Positions 48,185-63,599 of a DNA stretch of 64,000 nucleotides are shown one piece after another. The stretch lies in NCBI RefSeq assembly GCF_009914755.1, contig NC_060934.1. One strand, given 5' to 3'. The stretch is from the human T2T-CHM13v2.0 reference genome, Homo sapiens. A model generated the notes under the pieces. It did not search any database. It worked only from the letters and a program-made list of their open reading frames with translations, and had not been told where the DNA came from. Position numbers and translations under genes: made by a program. Each line of letters starts with the position of its first letter. Positions within the stretch are counted from its first letter, which is position 1.

Positions 48185-48449
48185 TGCCTTAGTCTGTTTG
48201 GGCTGCTATCACAAAATACCTTAGGCTGGGTAAATTATAAACCACAGACATCTACCGCTCACAGTTCTGAAGGCTGGGAAGTCCAAGATCAAGGTGCCAG
48301 CAGATTCAGTATCTGGTAATCCCATTCATAAGGACTCTGCCCTCATGACCTAATTATCCCCCAAAGCCTCAACCTCTTAATACCATCACCTTGGGGGTTC
48401 AGTTTCAGCATATGAATTTTGGGGTGACACAAACATTCAGACCATAGTA
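48185..48449 (-). mobile_element. Internally deleted MST/MLT-type LTR
   Basis: ttagtctgtttgggctgctatcacaaaatacc...aagtccaagatcaaggtgccagcagattc...acacaaacattcagaccatag. Confidence 0.8.
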
Positions 48450-48560
48450 AGTCCCCTCTCAGAAATAAAGTCTCAAGGCACACAACCCATTTGGGCCTCT
48501 GTTTAGCATGAATGAATAAAATAAAGGAACCAGGAATTAGAATTTTAAAAGTTTTTATTA

Positions 48561-48865
<305 letters not shown>

Positions 48866-49149
48866 CATGAAAGTTTTTATTATCTTTCTGTTTTCCTTTT
48901 GTGATTCAGCGAAATCCTGAAAAGTAATGTAGGTAGCAAGAAAGAGGAGTCAAGAGGGGCTGTGGTCTTGAGTTAGGTAACTGGGAAGATGATGGCACCC
49001 CATAGCCTAGTTTTGGGGAGAAGATTCCCAAAGAAGAGAGATCATGGACATAGGAAGAGAAAACTGGGTGTTGGTCCCATAGTCTCCCCTTGCCGAGCTT
49101 CCTTAGAGGCGGTTCCTGGGAAACTGCTTCAGGATCCCCACTTCAGTGG

Positions 49150-50000
49150 CCTCCTGAGCAATCTTTTCTTCACTTGCCAAGTCTTACTCATGTCTGTAAA
49201 TTATATAACTACTCCCTCCATTACTCAAGCCAGAAACCTAGGAGTCACCCTGGATTCCTCCCTTTTCTTCACTGTCTCATCCCTCATATCAGGGAATTCC
49301 ACAGAGCTTACCTCCAAATAAATGTCCTTTACTCACCATCTCCACAATCCCACTGTAGTCCGATTTTGCGCCATCACTTGCCTGGAGCCCACAACAACCT
49401 TCTAATTGGTCTTCTCACTTCCGCTCTTGCTCCTTTAATTGTTTCTTCACTCAACAGCAAAAGTGATCTTCTTAAAACAATAATCTGATAACTCCCTGGC
49501 TTAAAACCATCCATTTCAATGAAAGTAAAACCCTAACTTTTTATAATGGCTTACAAAGCATTTTACGATTGAATCCTGCCTCTCTCTCACTGTTTCCTCA
49601 GTTGTAGCTGCACCGTTCCTTCAGTTTCTCTACCAGAAACTCTTCCCACCACAGGGCCTTTGCACATACGGTTACTTTTGACTGGACTATTCTACCCACA
49701 GTAGCATGACTAGCTACTCCCTGTTCTAAGTTTCAGCTTAAATGTCACCTCAGAGAGGCCTTCCTTGGTGACCACCATTAATAGACATGAATGCATGTCT
49801 ATTAATCTTTATCTCAGCACCTCATTTGTTTCTCCATAGTAAATATTTAACTTGCATTTACTTGATCTCTGTCTCTCATCTCTGTCAATATGTAAGTCCA
49901 TAGATGTAGGAACCGTAATTGTCTTTTCTACCACTGTATCCCTGGCATATAGCACAGACCCATAGTAAGTATCCAATAAATATTGTTCGAATGAATGAAT
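49150..50000 (+). mobile_element. L2 3' region
   Basis: caagccagaaacctaggagtcaccctggattcctc...cagggcctttgcacat...aataaatattgttcgaatgaatgaat. Confidence 0.85.
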
Positions 50001-50298
50001 ATTTAGTGTAACCACAGCTGAACATGGCCCCAGGACTGAAAGTTGGGGGACAGGGAGCAGGATGGGGTGGGAGGATGGTTAGAATGATTTGCTGGGAAAA
50101 GGATTTTCTAAAATGAGCATGAAGAATAATTTCACTCAGTATAACTATTTGCAGTCCAAAATGCAGAAAAAAAGTATTATCGGTACATGTTTATTGAGGT
50201 ATTATTTACAATAGCAAAAAAGTTAAATGATCTCTAGGCTATAAGTGGAGAAAATGTATATTTGTGAAGACAATACTAGTCACGATATTGAACTTTAA

Positions 50299-50722
<424 letters not shown>

Positions 50723-50803
50723 AGGGTTTCTTAATTATTTATTTTTTGTATTTGTGGTTTAAAAGAATGACAAATGTATTTTTGGTTAACAATTGTATCA
50801 TAC

Positions 50804-51099
50804 TTTTTTTTTTTAGACAGAGTCTCGCTCTGTCATCCAGGCTGGAGTGCAGTGGCGCCATCTCAGCTTACCGCAATTTCTGGCTCCTGGGTTCAAGCAA
50901 TTCTCGTGCCTCAGCCTCCGAAGTATCTGAGATTACAGGCACGTGCCACTACACCTGTCTAATTTTTATATGTATTTTTTAATAGAGACGGAGTTTCACC
51001 ATGTTGTCCAGGCTCTCTCCAACTACTGACCTCAAGTGATCAGCCTGCCTCGGCCTCCCAAAGTACTGAAATTACAAGTGTGAGCCACCGCGCCCAACC
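50804..51099 (-). mobile_element. Alu (AluS-type)
   Basis: Antisense full Alu. Confidence 0.93.
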
Positions 51100-51277
51100 A
51101 ATAGTATTGTACATTAATCCTGATGAAACCTAAAGAGTAGACACATCTTTCATACACAAACACACACACACAAAATACAAGTGGATTCAGAAGTTTTCAG
51201 AAGGATATTAGTGGCCCAAAGTCATGGCAACTGCCTTGTAGAGGGAGAACCTAGTGGTTCTTCCTAAGATAGCCTAA

Positions 51278-51430
51278 GCAGTAGAGTTTAAAGTGTGGTC
51301 CCCAGATCAACAGAAACAGCGAATTCTCAGACCTACTGAATTAGAAACTCTTGGGGTGGAGGGCAGCAATCTGGGTCTAAATACTCCTTCTGAGTCATTC
51401 TGATGCACGCTAAGGTTTGAGAACCACTGG
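51278..51430. mobile_element. MER5A-like DNA transposon
   Basis: aaagtgtggtccccaga...gacctactgaattagaaactct...ttctgatgcacgctaaggtttgagaaccactg. Confidence 0.8.
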
Positions 51431-52158
51431 TTAAAGCAACATTCTGATGACCAGATCTAGGTTTGCTGAGATCTGCCAAAGGAAGGAAGTTCAGTTTCCA
51501 CTCTTCGTGAGCAGGGTTGAAGCCAGTTTCCCTGAGGATCCTCTGTAAGCAGAAGGGCCCACCCATCCTTCTCTACCTTGAGCAAGCCTCTGATCCTGCC
51601 AGGAGTGGTGAGACTTACACCCCTTAAGCTCCTACCTTTGGCCAGGGCTCCTCCCTTTTTTCCCCACTGGCTCTTAGGAGGATGGGATTCAACAACAAAG
51701 CTTGTTTTATCCTGACTCTGTCACTCTGTGTCTCTGGGCAAAAGGCTGCTTATCTAATGGGAGAAAGCTGCTTTTAGTGCCGTCTCTGCAACTACTATAG
51801 AAGACTTACTTTTAACCTAGAGTAATAAACTCCCTACACCTGTCCTTGAATTAGATGGAATGAAACCAGATCTAGAGTTCCCCAAAGCTAAAACCGAGAC
51901 TCCAGACATTCCCATTATACATTTTAACAAAGGAGGGGACAGAGGCCCAGACAGTGGATGTCTCTGAGGTTACACAGTTTGTAAGGGACAGACCTCAGAT
52001 TAGCCCCCAGGTCTGCGGCTTCTAATTCAGTACTTTTGTGGCTGTACTTTATTCAGTGTCCTTTCTACTTCCTACTCAACAGCCCAGGGCTTTACTCCAC
52101 ATCTATGAGGTAGGGCCTGGGGATTTGGGCTGCTATGAATACTTATGCAGTTTTGTAC

Positions 52159-52696
52159 TGAAGAAGTCAAAAATATGCCGCCCCAAAATACACTGCTCTG
52201 GCATAATGACTATTTTGAATTAAAGACGCTTTTACAAAAGCAGCAGGTGCAAGAAGATCACTCTGACCTTCATTCTGTTTCTTAGAAGCAGAGCATAAAA
52301 ATCCCATGTGAAAGATACCGGCCTTGTACCAAAAAGAATAACATTCTTATCATCAAGGACAGGAAGTTGAAGCTGAGGGAAATTTGTACAAACCAACCTT
52401 GTCAAACGAACCCTTATCTGCCTCATCACTTCTCTAGCCAATTAACTACCCCAGCTCAAGCCCCTTTGCCTTCTTACATTTCACAACTTACTATTATTTG
52501 TGCAATTCAGTATGTGATTGACTCTCTCAACTGCTTCTTTGGGTCTTCATTTTTGTATGAGGGCTCCTGTGCCATGTAAAACTTCTATTGAATAACTTTG
52601 TATGGTTTTCTCCTGTTAATCTATGTTAGGTCAATTTAATCCTCAGGCCCAGCTGGGAAACCACGAAAAAGGAGGTGGAATTTTGCCCCCACTACA
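52159..52696 (+). mobile_element. Solo LTR, MER34-family-like (ERV1)
   Basis: tgaagaagtcaaaaatatgccgccccaaaatacactgctctggcataatgactattttga ... ttttgcccccactaca. Confidence 0.75.
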
Positions 52697-52940
52697 ATAT
52701 TGATCAAGGAGGTCAGGATGCAGAGAGGGGAGTAAGGGTAAGGCACAGCCTGAGCCAAACCCCAACCTCTGCCCTGGGGCTGCATCTGTCAGAAGAGAGG
52801 CCCTTTTACAAATGCAGATGCCTGGGTCACACTTTAGGCTAATGAAATCAAAAGCTCTAAGAAAGGGGATTGCCATTAATACACATATGTGCATGTGTGT
52901 GTGTGTGTGTGTACATATGTATATATACACATATATATAT

Positions 52941-53723
<783 letters not shown>

Positions 53724-56001
53724 TCATTAATAGTTATTTTTTAAAGCTTATCAGGTGATTCTAATGTTCAGCCAGAGTTGAGAATAACTGTTTGAAATTA
53801 TTCCCAAGCTTCCTTTACTATACTGTTGCTTAAGTGTCCAATCCTAACATTGTTATCAAAAGCAAGAGACTGTAGATTGACTCAATAATTCAGGCTAATA
53901 TAATCCGGTCATCTCCACAAAAAAGCACTAGTTGATGAAGTTAAATACTTTCTCCAATTCTGAGCCAGAAATTCAATACTGCATCTCAAACGATCTTAAA
54001 AAAAAAAAAAATCTGTTTTAAGGAGAGAGACTATTTCTATTTCCATCCTTAAAGTATGATTACTAAAAACTGAAAAATTCAGTTCTCGTTTTGCAAAGCA
54101 GTGAGATATTTAGGTAGGTGGGAGTCATTTTCTCCTCCTGGCTTTTCAGCCTTGGCCCTCAAATTAGGGACTTCCAGGCTCTTGGAAGTGTTGGATAAAG
54201 GCTTCCACCTTCCTTCTTTTGCAGGCTTTTTCCTGCGGTGGGATTTATAGAGGTGCATTGAGCTACTGGCATACATCTTTTCTTAGCTAGGCTGTTCACA
54301 GGACACAAATATCCTTTATTTCTTCAGGTGACAGGCACAAGGGCAAACCCTACCCCTGCAGACAGCTGGTCCTCAGGCGTATCTATCTAGGAGAACTCAG
54401 AAAAGAGAAAGATTAAGCCTGACTTTGTCATAGATTCAAGCCCCTTATTCCAGTCCAGCTTTACTAGCAATAAATCTAATATTTTGACCTCCATTTGACT
54501 TTGGGCCTATTTCTCACCTGATTCAGAATGAGCCCCCTTAAATCCTAACAGTTAAGTCAATCTACATGACCAAAATGACCAGCTTGACTGTCTTATTTGT
54601 TGTGCTGCAAAACATTCACTGCAACTTTATCACCCTAGCTTTCAGTCAATCTAATAGGTTTTGGCTGAGAGAAATAAGGGCTGGATTAGCAGAGGCCTGG
54701 TCATCCTGATTGTACTCCTGTGCTGAGCTGAGGCTAATTAATTCAGTAGAATGCTGCTTTTGTGATGTTTTATAACGATTCTGGACTAAACACATGAACA
54801 CAGCTTGAATTGGTTTATAGCTCCCATGAACTGACAGAAATTAGTTTGTTGTTGTTTTGGGATGTGGTAGTTAGAATTGGTAGAGTCAGGATTACCTAGA
54901 AGTCTTCATGAAACTTTATAGTCTGACTTTCACTATGATTCTTGCTCTACTGGAAAGAAATGGTTGCTTTATTCTTAGAAAAGAGATGAGATGCAAAAGG
55001 TCTAGTTTTTTTGACTAGGAAAACTAATTTAACCTTTTATTTTACTGACGTGTTTCCACCTATAAAAGAAACTAACCGAGTAATTCTGTAATCATTGCTA
55101 CCATGGGACTTATTAATATATTACTAAATAGCTGCAAAACTAGTAGAATATTAATGAAAATTTGTGCCAAAAATCCATAAGATGAGAATTTTAAAATGTA
55201 TAATAACCTTAGATGATCTAGATACATAAATATATGTACCTAGAATTAAAGACATTGCCTTGATTCTAGAAGCTGCAAATTAACATTTAAAATAATGACT
55301 CACCTTTGTTCAAGTTTGAATCTTATGATGAAGCTAAATTTCTCAGGTTTTAAATCCTGAGGACTGCACTCAGAAGAAAATCAGATGTTTTCAGCCACAA
55401 ACATTGCTTAAAAGAAATTTCTGGGAAGAGAATATATTGATAGAAATTATGTAGTCAAAGATTTAGATAAATTTATGGGCAAAAGACTTTTTAGTGTCCC
55501 CAGCCTACATGATTAATAATTCAGAGCCAAATTTAGGGGCACTCCACCCAGAAGGAATTACATTATCCAATTTCTGTCATGTCATCCTGAAGTGTAAGCA
55601 GCAAGCTCATTAAAAATGAATGAGGTAATCAGACAAATTCTATGACCATGCGTGAGCTTCTCATTAATGTTTTACTAGACAGCATTAAGAAAGATTAAAT
55701 AGACTGCACTAGATCTGGAAGTAATAAATGGACTTCAAAAGCAAAGCAACTTAACGACCTTCCAGTAAACAGAAAGACTTGAAAGGGAAAGGATGAAGGA
55801 TTTTAGAAACCTATCAGCTACACATTTTGGCTGCATCTACAATGGAAAAGCGAAATGCAGTATGATCAATTACCTGCTTAATTTGATGAATCAACAGGCC
55901 AGGTTTAAATATTACTTTGAAGCCCGAAATAACGGATTGGGCTGTTATTAGCAGGTTAAAGTTCCTAATTCTCCCTTCACTGAGTACTGTTTGACTAGTG
56001 C

Positions 56002-56177
56002 ACAGTTTCTCAGCAGTAACAGTACCGGTGTTTTGGCCTGGGTAATTCTGTTCAGGGGGCTGTCCTATGCATTGCAAGGTGTTTAGCAGCATCCGTGGCT
56101 TCTACTCACTAGATGCCAGTAACATCGCCCAGCTGTGACTACCAAAATGTCTCCATACATTGCCAAATGTCCCCTGA
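56002..56177. mobile_element. MER20 DNA transposon (partial)
   Basis: gggggctgtcctatgcattgcaaggtgtttagcagcatcc...cactagatgccagta...aaaatgtctcca...ttgccaaatgtcccctg. Confidence 0.88.
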
Positions 56178-56851
56178 CATTTATACCTGAGCCTGGTGAA
56201 AGGAGTCACACCTGTTACAGAGGCAGAGAATTCCAAGAGTACCAATATCCCATTTCCAATGGGAGGCTGTACAAACCATTAAATGAAGGGATTAACTTGC
56301 AATTGTTTGGTCAATTTGGACTTTGCAGACAATTAAACTAGTTAATTCAGATCAAAATTTTTTCTTTGGGATTTGACTTATCAGGATTGGCATCTAAATT
56401 AATTCAATTAGTGGACTTACTGCTAGGCATATTTTTAATTTTGACTTGAGGTTTCAAGCTCAGAAATATCTCAAGTGCAATGATCAGGGTTCAGAAACAG
56501 ATGGAGCTGCCTCATCAGCATGATTGTATTTGGGGGGCTTTGTTACTATGAGCACACACAAATACACACATACACACATTCCTCTAAGAATTCTTTCCAT
56601 TGGTTTCTGGTTATCTGGTTTTTGCTCTGGTATCTACACCGCTTCTCCCCTTTGCATAAATGTCATTCCAGCTTGACTTAGCAGATAGCTTGATAATTAA
56701 AAGTGTAAGCTTTAGAGCCAGATAAAACTGTGCTTGAATTCTGACTCCAGGATTAATCAGTCCTTCATTATGTTAACAACAACAACAACAAAAAGAATCA
56801 GTTGTAATAGTACTTCCGAGGTCGTCAGAAATATATGAACTGGTTAGGAGG

Positions 56852-57100
56852 TGTCAGGTCCACGACTACGCCAAATGTCATGCCGAGCTGTGCCAAGCCA
56901 TGTCCACGAGCGCCTGTACAGCAGAAGCAGGGCAGTTATACCTTTTGAAACAATAGTGGCTCCAAGTCAAATATGCGCTTACATAAACAGGTTATATAAC
57001 AAGTGGAGGTGTGCACCTGCGCACCAATCCCGCTGAGTCATGCAGGCCTGAATGTCTGCCTTGGCCTATTCCTTGACCAAAGCATGCCATGTCCTTTACA
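56852..57100 (-). mobile_element. Short solo LTR, LTR18 family (HERV-S/HERVL18, ERVL class)
   Basis: Minus strand reads TGTAAAGGACATGGC...GGACCTGACA; exact 5-bp TSD GGAGG at 56847-56851 and 57101-57105. Confidence 0.8.
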
Positions 57101-58519
57101 GGAGGTTAGTGCTTCTGTCAATAACAGAGATGGATCGACAATGCTAAAAAAGGGAAGGGTTAATATCTCATGTAAAATTCTTGATGGAGGGACCCCTGAG
57201 CTAGGAACTGGATCCCTTCCTATATTCCTGCTCTGTAATTTTTAATGAGTGATTCTCATCCTCAGGATTAATAGATAGCTGTTGGACTTCCAGACATGAT
57301 TTCCTCATTTCCAGCAGGAGGAAGGGAAAGCCCAAAGAGCATATGGCCTTTTTCTAAAGCCCCTGTTGATGACTTCTTCTTTTCATTGACCCCAGGTGTG
57401 AGAAAGGTAGGTAATGCAGTGTTTAAGGCAGGTACAGCTGCCTCTGGTAACTTAGCAGTTTTGTTATTTAGAAAGAATGAATATTGGATAGATGCTGGTA
57501 GTTTTTGTCACTTTGAAACTCCTTCCCAGTCTCCATTGGATCCTAAGCATCCAAGAATTTACTTGACTTTAAGAAAATAAGGACAGCCCGGATTCCACAA
57601 TAATTGCCATCTTTCCTGATGGCTTCTTCAACTATATGCTCTGTTGCTGGGCACCAGTGCTTTGGGTGGGCTTCAAAAATCCTGCCACAGAAACTCCCAT
57701 GGGCCAGAGGCTGCTCTCCAGGCCACAGTACTGGGGATACGATCTCCATACAGGCATATCAGACAACTAGTGAGCTCCAAAGAGCTGGGTGGGAATGCAC
57801 CTCACACACTGTAGAACTTGCCACCATGTTTTACTCCCCTACTCAGTCCCAGGGAATTTAACTCTACCATGTTTGCTTGTCTCTGCCTCAACTCCCAGAA
57901 ACACCCTGGGGCTTAGGTTTTGAGACCTTAGGTTTTAAACCTCTATGGGCCTAGGGTTTGAGAACTTACACCAAATAATTCTTCCTGTAGCTAAGGAAAT
58001 TCAAACCTTCAACATACAGAGACTGGGCTGCTTTATTTGGGGTAAGAGTGGGGAGTACATACAATAAGGCTCACAAACAAGGTTATTATGGAAAAAAGAA
58101 AAGACTTAATTTTACATTGACCAGTGAAAGTCCTTAGGGATTTAAAGAGAACATCCAATAAAAATGTATGATCATCTCTGTGGGAGAATGCAAATTATTT
58201 GATTGTTATTTTAATTTTAAAATAATGGGTCCTTTTTTGTCCTTTTCCCCTAATGCCATTGTAATGCTAAAAGTGTAACACTTAATGAGTACTACTGCTC
58301 TTCATCAAAAGGTAGCTCCTTTTATTTTTCTACAACTTATAGAAATCTGCACCTGTGAATTAATGTTTAATGATTCATTCATTGTCTGCTGTCAGGCTTG
58401 TGTCTTGCCCTTTTGAAAGAAAATACTATTTAAGTAATGAGTGAGGTATCATGGAATTTCCTAAATATGTACAACTCAGAAGAACAGTTGTACATCACTG
58501 CGTTTTGTAAAACAGAGTA

Positions 58520-59060
58520 TGTGTGGCAAACAGGAACTTTTATGGATCCAATAGCCACTCCTCCCCACTTTCGTGCCTACCTCTTTTCTTCCTTGATAAC
58601 TGAGCCCTGGTTTTGTTCAAGTATTTACCTTCCCACATACTGAACCCCGGGAGGGAATTGTTGATGAGTCAGTCTAAACCACTTGTTGTAATCTATTACT
58701 TTTGCTAATGATTGGTTTAAGTGTGTGCATGTGATGCTCACTGAGTCTGGTGGGAGAAATTCAGGGAAGGTTTCTTCCTGGAAGGAACACAAATGAGAAC
58801 TTGTGCCTTCCCATGTTCGGATGTTGTAATGTGAGGGCATCCTACAACCATTATGGTCTTTCTTTTGACCATAAAGAAATACATTGTTGGTATATTATGA
58901 CTGGCATAACAGAAAGATGGCAGGTACCTGAACCTTGATAACATTTGTTGAGTTGCTGCACTAACCCTGAACCACCCTTCATTTGTAGGATAAAAGGTAC
59001 TGTGTAAGCCATTTATTCTTAGGTATTCTGTTATTTGCAGCCAAAGCATTTTAACTGTTA
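58520..59060 (+). mobile_element. Old MLT1-type LTR
   Basis: tgtggcaaac...tgattggtttaag...tattctgttatttgcagccaaagcattttaactg. Similar relics at ~57110-57510 (-) and ~59130-59540. Confidence 0.65.
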
Positions 59061-59886
59061 AATAAAATAATTTGCTGCTACTTGCCTGCACAATATCTGC
59101 TGTCCTCTTTTATCTTGATTATATTCTTGGTAGCACTGACCACATTTTTCTAGCTTCCCTTGAAACTACAGCTCAATTGAGATATAAACAGAAATTGATG
59201 GATGTGGGTTCGGGGATATTGCTCCCTACAGGGCACTAACTCAGCCAGGATGCTCTCTCTCTTGTCCTTCTCTATTTCTGTCTTTCTTCCTGTTTTCTGT
59301 ATGAACAATATGGAGGTATAGGGGAGCACTCCTGCTGCCATATTTGTACATAACTTTAAGAATAGAAGGCACACGTGAAATAAGGTAGAGTAGAAAGAAA
59401 TAAGGAGTGTGAGTCTCCGATTGACCATGGAATCACCATGCCACCACTGGACTACCTATTTCTGGACGTTTTCTTGTTTAAGTCACTATTGTTTAGGTTT
59501 ACTGATATATGCAACCAAATCTAATCCTGACTTGACTGTTGCAGCTGCTGAATGGCATTTAAAGTGATCCTTTATGAAGGAAATTAATATAGAAGCAGAA
59601 GTCTTATTTCTTAGATTGATTTTTTTAATTTAAAAATTGCCATTTAGTTATTTTGAAACAGCAAAGAGCTACTCAAATTGTATTTGATATCTCTATTTTT
59701 TCCATAATTATCCTAAGATATTATCTTTTGAAGCTGATTGAGAAAGCAAGGAATAGAAGTCATTATATTACTTGTTACTATGTTTACAGGCATGCCCAAA
59801 AAAGGAGTCCAAAACTGGGTCACCAAATTCATCCCATCTCCATATAGTTGTTGAGCACATAAAACGTTAGAGACACTATGTTAGGC

Positions 59887-59888
<2 letters not shown>

Positions 59889-59930
<42 letters not shown>
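59889..59930. repeat. (TG)21 microsatellite
   Basis: Pure TG run. Confidence 0.97.
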
Positions 59931-59932
<2 letters not shown>

Positions 59933-60185
59933 CGAGAGATAGAAAGATATAGGTCCTACTATCAAAGAACAAAATTAGTTTAGCTGGCAGAAAATAATAC
60001 AAAAAGATACAGACAATTTTTTAGAAACACCAAAATAAAAAATACAAAGAACTGCCTAATGAATTGAAGGAAATAAGCAAGAATGTTGACTTCTGTATCT
60101 TATATGGTTTTTATTTCCTTTTTTTGTATTTTTTCAGACTTCCTATAAAGAACATACAGTTTTTAGTAAGAAAGAAAAAAATTTT

Positions 60186-60509
<324 letters not shown>

Positions 60510-60903
60510 TTATTGCTCAAAAAATGTAGTTGTTACAAGTAAGGAATTTGGAGCCAAAGCTCCTCCATGCATTATGTCTGGGGAATTCTCAGCTTTCTGC
60601 AGTTCTCTCCCATAGCTACTTAAAATTCTTCATTTGATCATAGTGGGTTTAGTTGCAGGTTTTGGACCTATTAAAATGCAGAATCTAATGGAAGATAAGT
60701 ATAATAACTCTTAATCAGAAATGCTCATGAGCTTTTTAAAAATCAAAATTCCTGGTTCTCACTCCCAGTGACTCAGGTTCCTTGTCTGGCACAGGGCCAG
60801 ACCATGTGAATCTTTACTCCTCATGTGATTCCTGGTTGAGATCTCCTGGTTGAGAACCCCAACCCAGGTTAAGTTTAGGTTGTTATCAGTTAATTGAATG
60901 TTA

Positions 60904-61392
<489 letters not shown>

Positions 61393-63300
61393 TATATATA
61401 TATACCTTTTAGGGTATTTCAGCTTATTGTGGCAATGAAACCACCACGTCTAGATCTCAGAGAGGTAAAACACAATGAAGAAAAAGAGAGAAAGGGTTTG
61501 AATCTCCTGATGAACAATGTAAAATCATCTTGAATTTATCTCCTTTTTGAAGGCTAATTAATTTAGGACCAAAAGTCACAAGAGGGTCACTGTAGGTATA
61601 TCCAGAGGGTAGGATCTGGGTGTCTCCAGATATCATTAAAAATTGAGACTATAATTAACAATAATTTATTGTATATTTTATTCAAAAACTTATTGAATTA
61701 TCACACGGTAGCCCCTAAATATGTAAAATTATTGTGTGTAAATTTAAAAAATAATAAAAGCAAAGAAGAAAAAAAAGAAAAGGAAAAAGCAAACAAAGAA
61801 AAGCTGTGCTAAAAAAAATGAGAGATGGTGTTAAACACAGGTCACTGCTTCCTTATGCTATTTAAGGGACATATCTGGGGGCCATCGCAGTTTCAATACA
61901 GAGCCACATTCTGTGCCATGGTTTTTATAAACAATTCCCACTACAAATGTGTGTATATGTGAGGATAGGTCATAGTATATCCATCTTCGTTTATCACTGA
62001 CAAAGGAAGATAACTATACAAATCATTTTCTCTTTTATATCTTGCTAAAACAAAAGAAGATCTGTCATGGGCCCTAAATAACCAGTGGTTTCTACTGATA
62101 ATTTTTTGAAAGCTCTTAAAGCTCTACATCCCATTGTGTCCCAGTAATTTCTTCCTGAATTCTTAATTAGAGTATTACTACTTGAAAAATGAGCATATTT
62201 TTATTGCAAGAGGAATGATAATAAATCTTATAATTTTAAACTAGGAATCAAAGCCCCTCTGAGTTAGGAGGAAATCAAAGGGCTGTAAAATGTATTTCAT
62301 TCGTTTTCCCCTGGGCGGTCTGATTCTTCTAATGTCAGACTCTGCCTGCTATGTTTTCATAATGGGCTGAACTATGCAGATATTCAAGATGAGACATTAC
62401 ATTTGTACGTTACTAATTATACACATAGAATTCTGATGCTTACAAACGTTTAATGCATCAAAGGGCAAAAGGCCTTTATTACATACTTTTGATTTTGTCA
62501 GCTTCTAGGACTTAACATCCTCTTGGATTTAGTTTAGAAAGCTTTAGCTAATTGAAGAAGTAATTTTTTTAAAAAATCAGAGTTAAAGAATGCTAAGGAA
62601 TTTCCTAAATCCAACGTGATGAAAATTAGAATTCCTTGTGGGAATGGAGACTGATTCCTTAGTGTCCTGGTAAGCCTACATATTTTCCTTTACTCATCCC
62701 TAGAAACAAAAGAGAATTACTTCACAGAAAAATGGTCATTTTCAATTCTATCCAGAGAAGGAATTACCATATTAAGTATTTGTACAGCACAGAGCATTGT
62801 ATTATTGCTGGTAGGTGGATATTTTACTTTATTCTCAGTAAAAACTAAAATCTTTTCCTTATAGAAGCACCAAACTAAGTACTTTTTAAAATCACAGAAA
62901 AGCAGTTTTTTGTAAGTGCAAGAAAAAGAGCTTTGTGTTACAGACTTCTACAGAATATTGAAAATGGCCAAATGTGATTTTTTGGAGGAAAACAAAATGT
63001 ACTTTCTCCAATGGCAATTCTTCCCGCAAAAGGAAAGTGAAGAAAAGGTTGTAGTCTTAAAATGAATCATTGAACGCTAATACCCAGTTACAGGTTTTAT
63101 TGCTGTAATCTCAAAAGGCCAAAGACCAATATCATTTCCTATCACATCTGTAGCCAGGTAACAACCTTTTAGAAAAGATCATGGTCCGGGAACACACACC
63201 AAAATAATTGATGTATTCTGCAAAAAGAAATAGTACTCTGCAGTGCCCATCAACAATCCTGGAGAGGGATAAATAGCCTCACTCAGCCTATGCCACCATT

Positions 63301-63599
63301 TCTTTTTTTTTTTTCTTTTTTGAGATGCAGTCTCACTCTGTCGCAGAGGCTGAAGTACAGTGGTACGATCTCAGCTCACTGCAACATCTGCCTCTCGGCT
63401 TCAAGCGATTCTCCTGCCTCAGCATTCCAAGTAGCTGGATTATAGCCACGCGCCCCCATGCCCAACTAATTTTCATATTTTTAGTAGAGATGGAGTTTCG
63501 CCATGTTGGCCGGGCTGGTCTCAAACTACTGACCTCAAGTGATCTACCTGCCTCAGCCTCCCAAAGTGCTGGGATTACAGGCGTGAGCCACCACTTCCA
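63301..63599 (-). mobile_element. Alu (AluS-type)
   Basis: Antisense full Alu. Confidence 0.93.

Noticed and set aside
50044-50072. G-quadruplex-like G runs
   Set aside because: One loop is 8 nt, the motif is isolated and there is no functional context.
56863-56873. Possible tRNA-Ser gene
   Set aside because: Only 11 nt of the 3' end including CCA, with no cloverleaf or A/B boxes; explained as a retroviral primer-site remnant.
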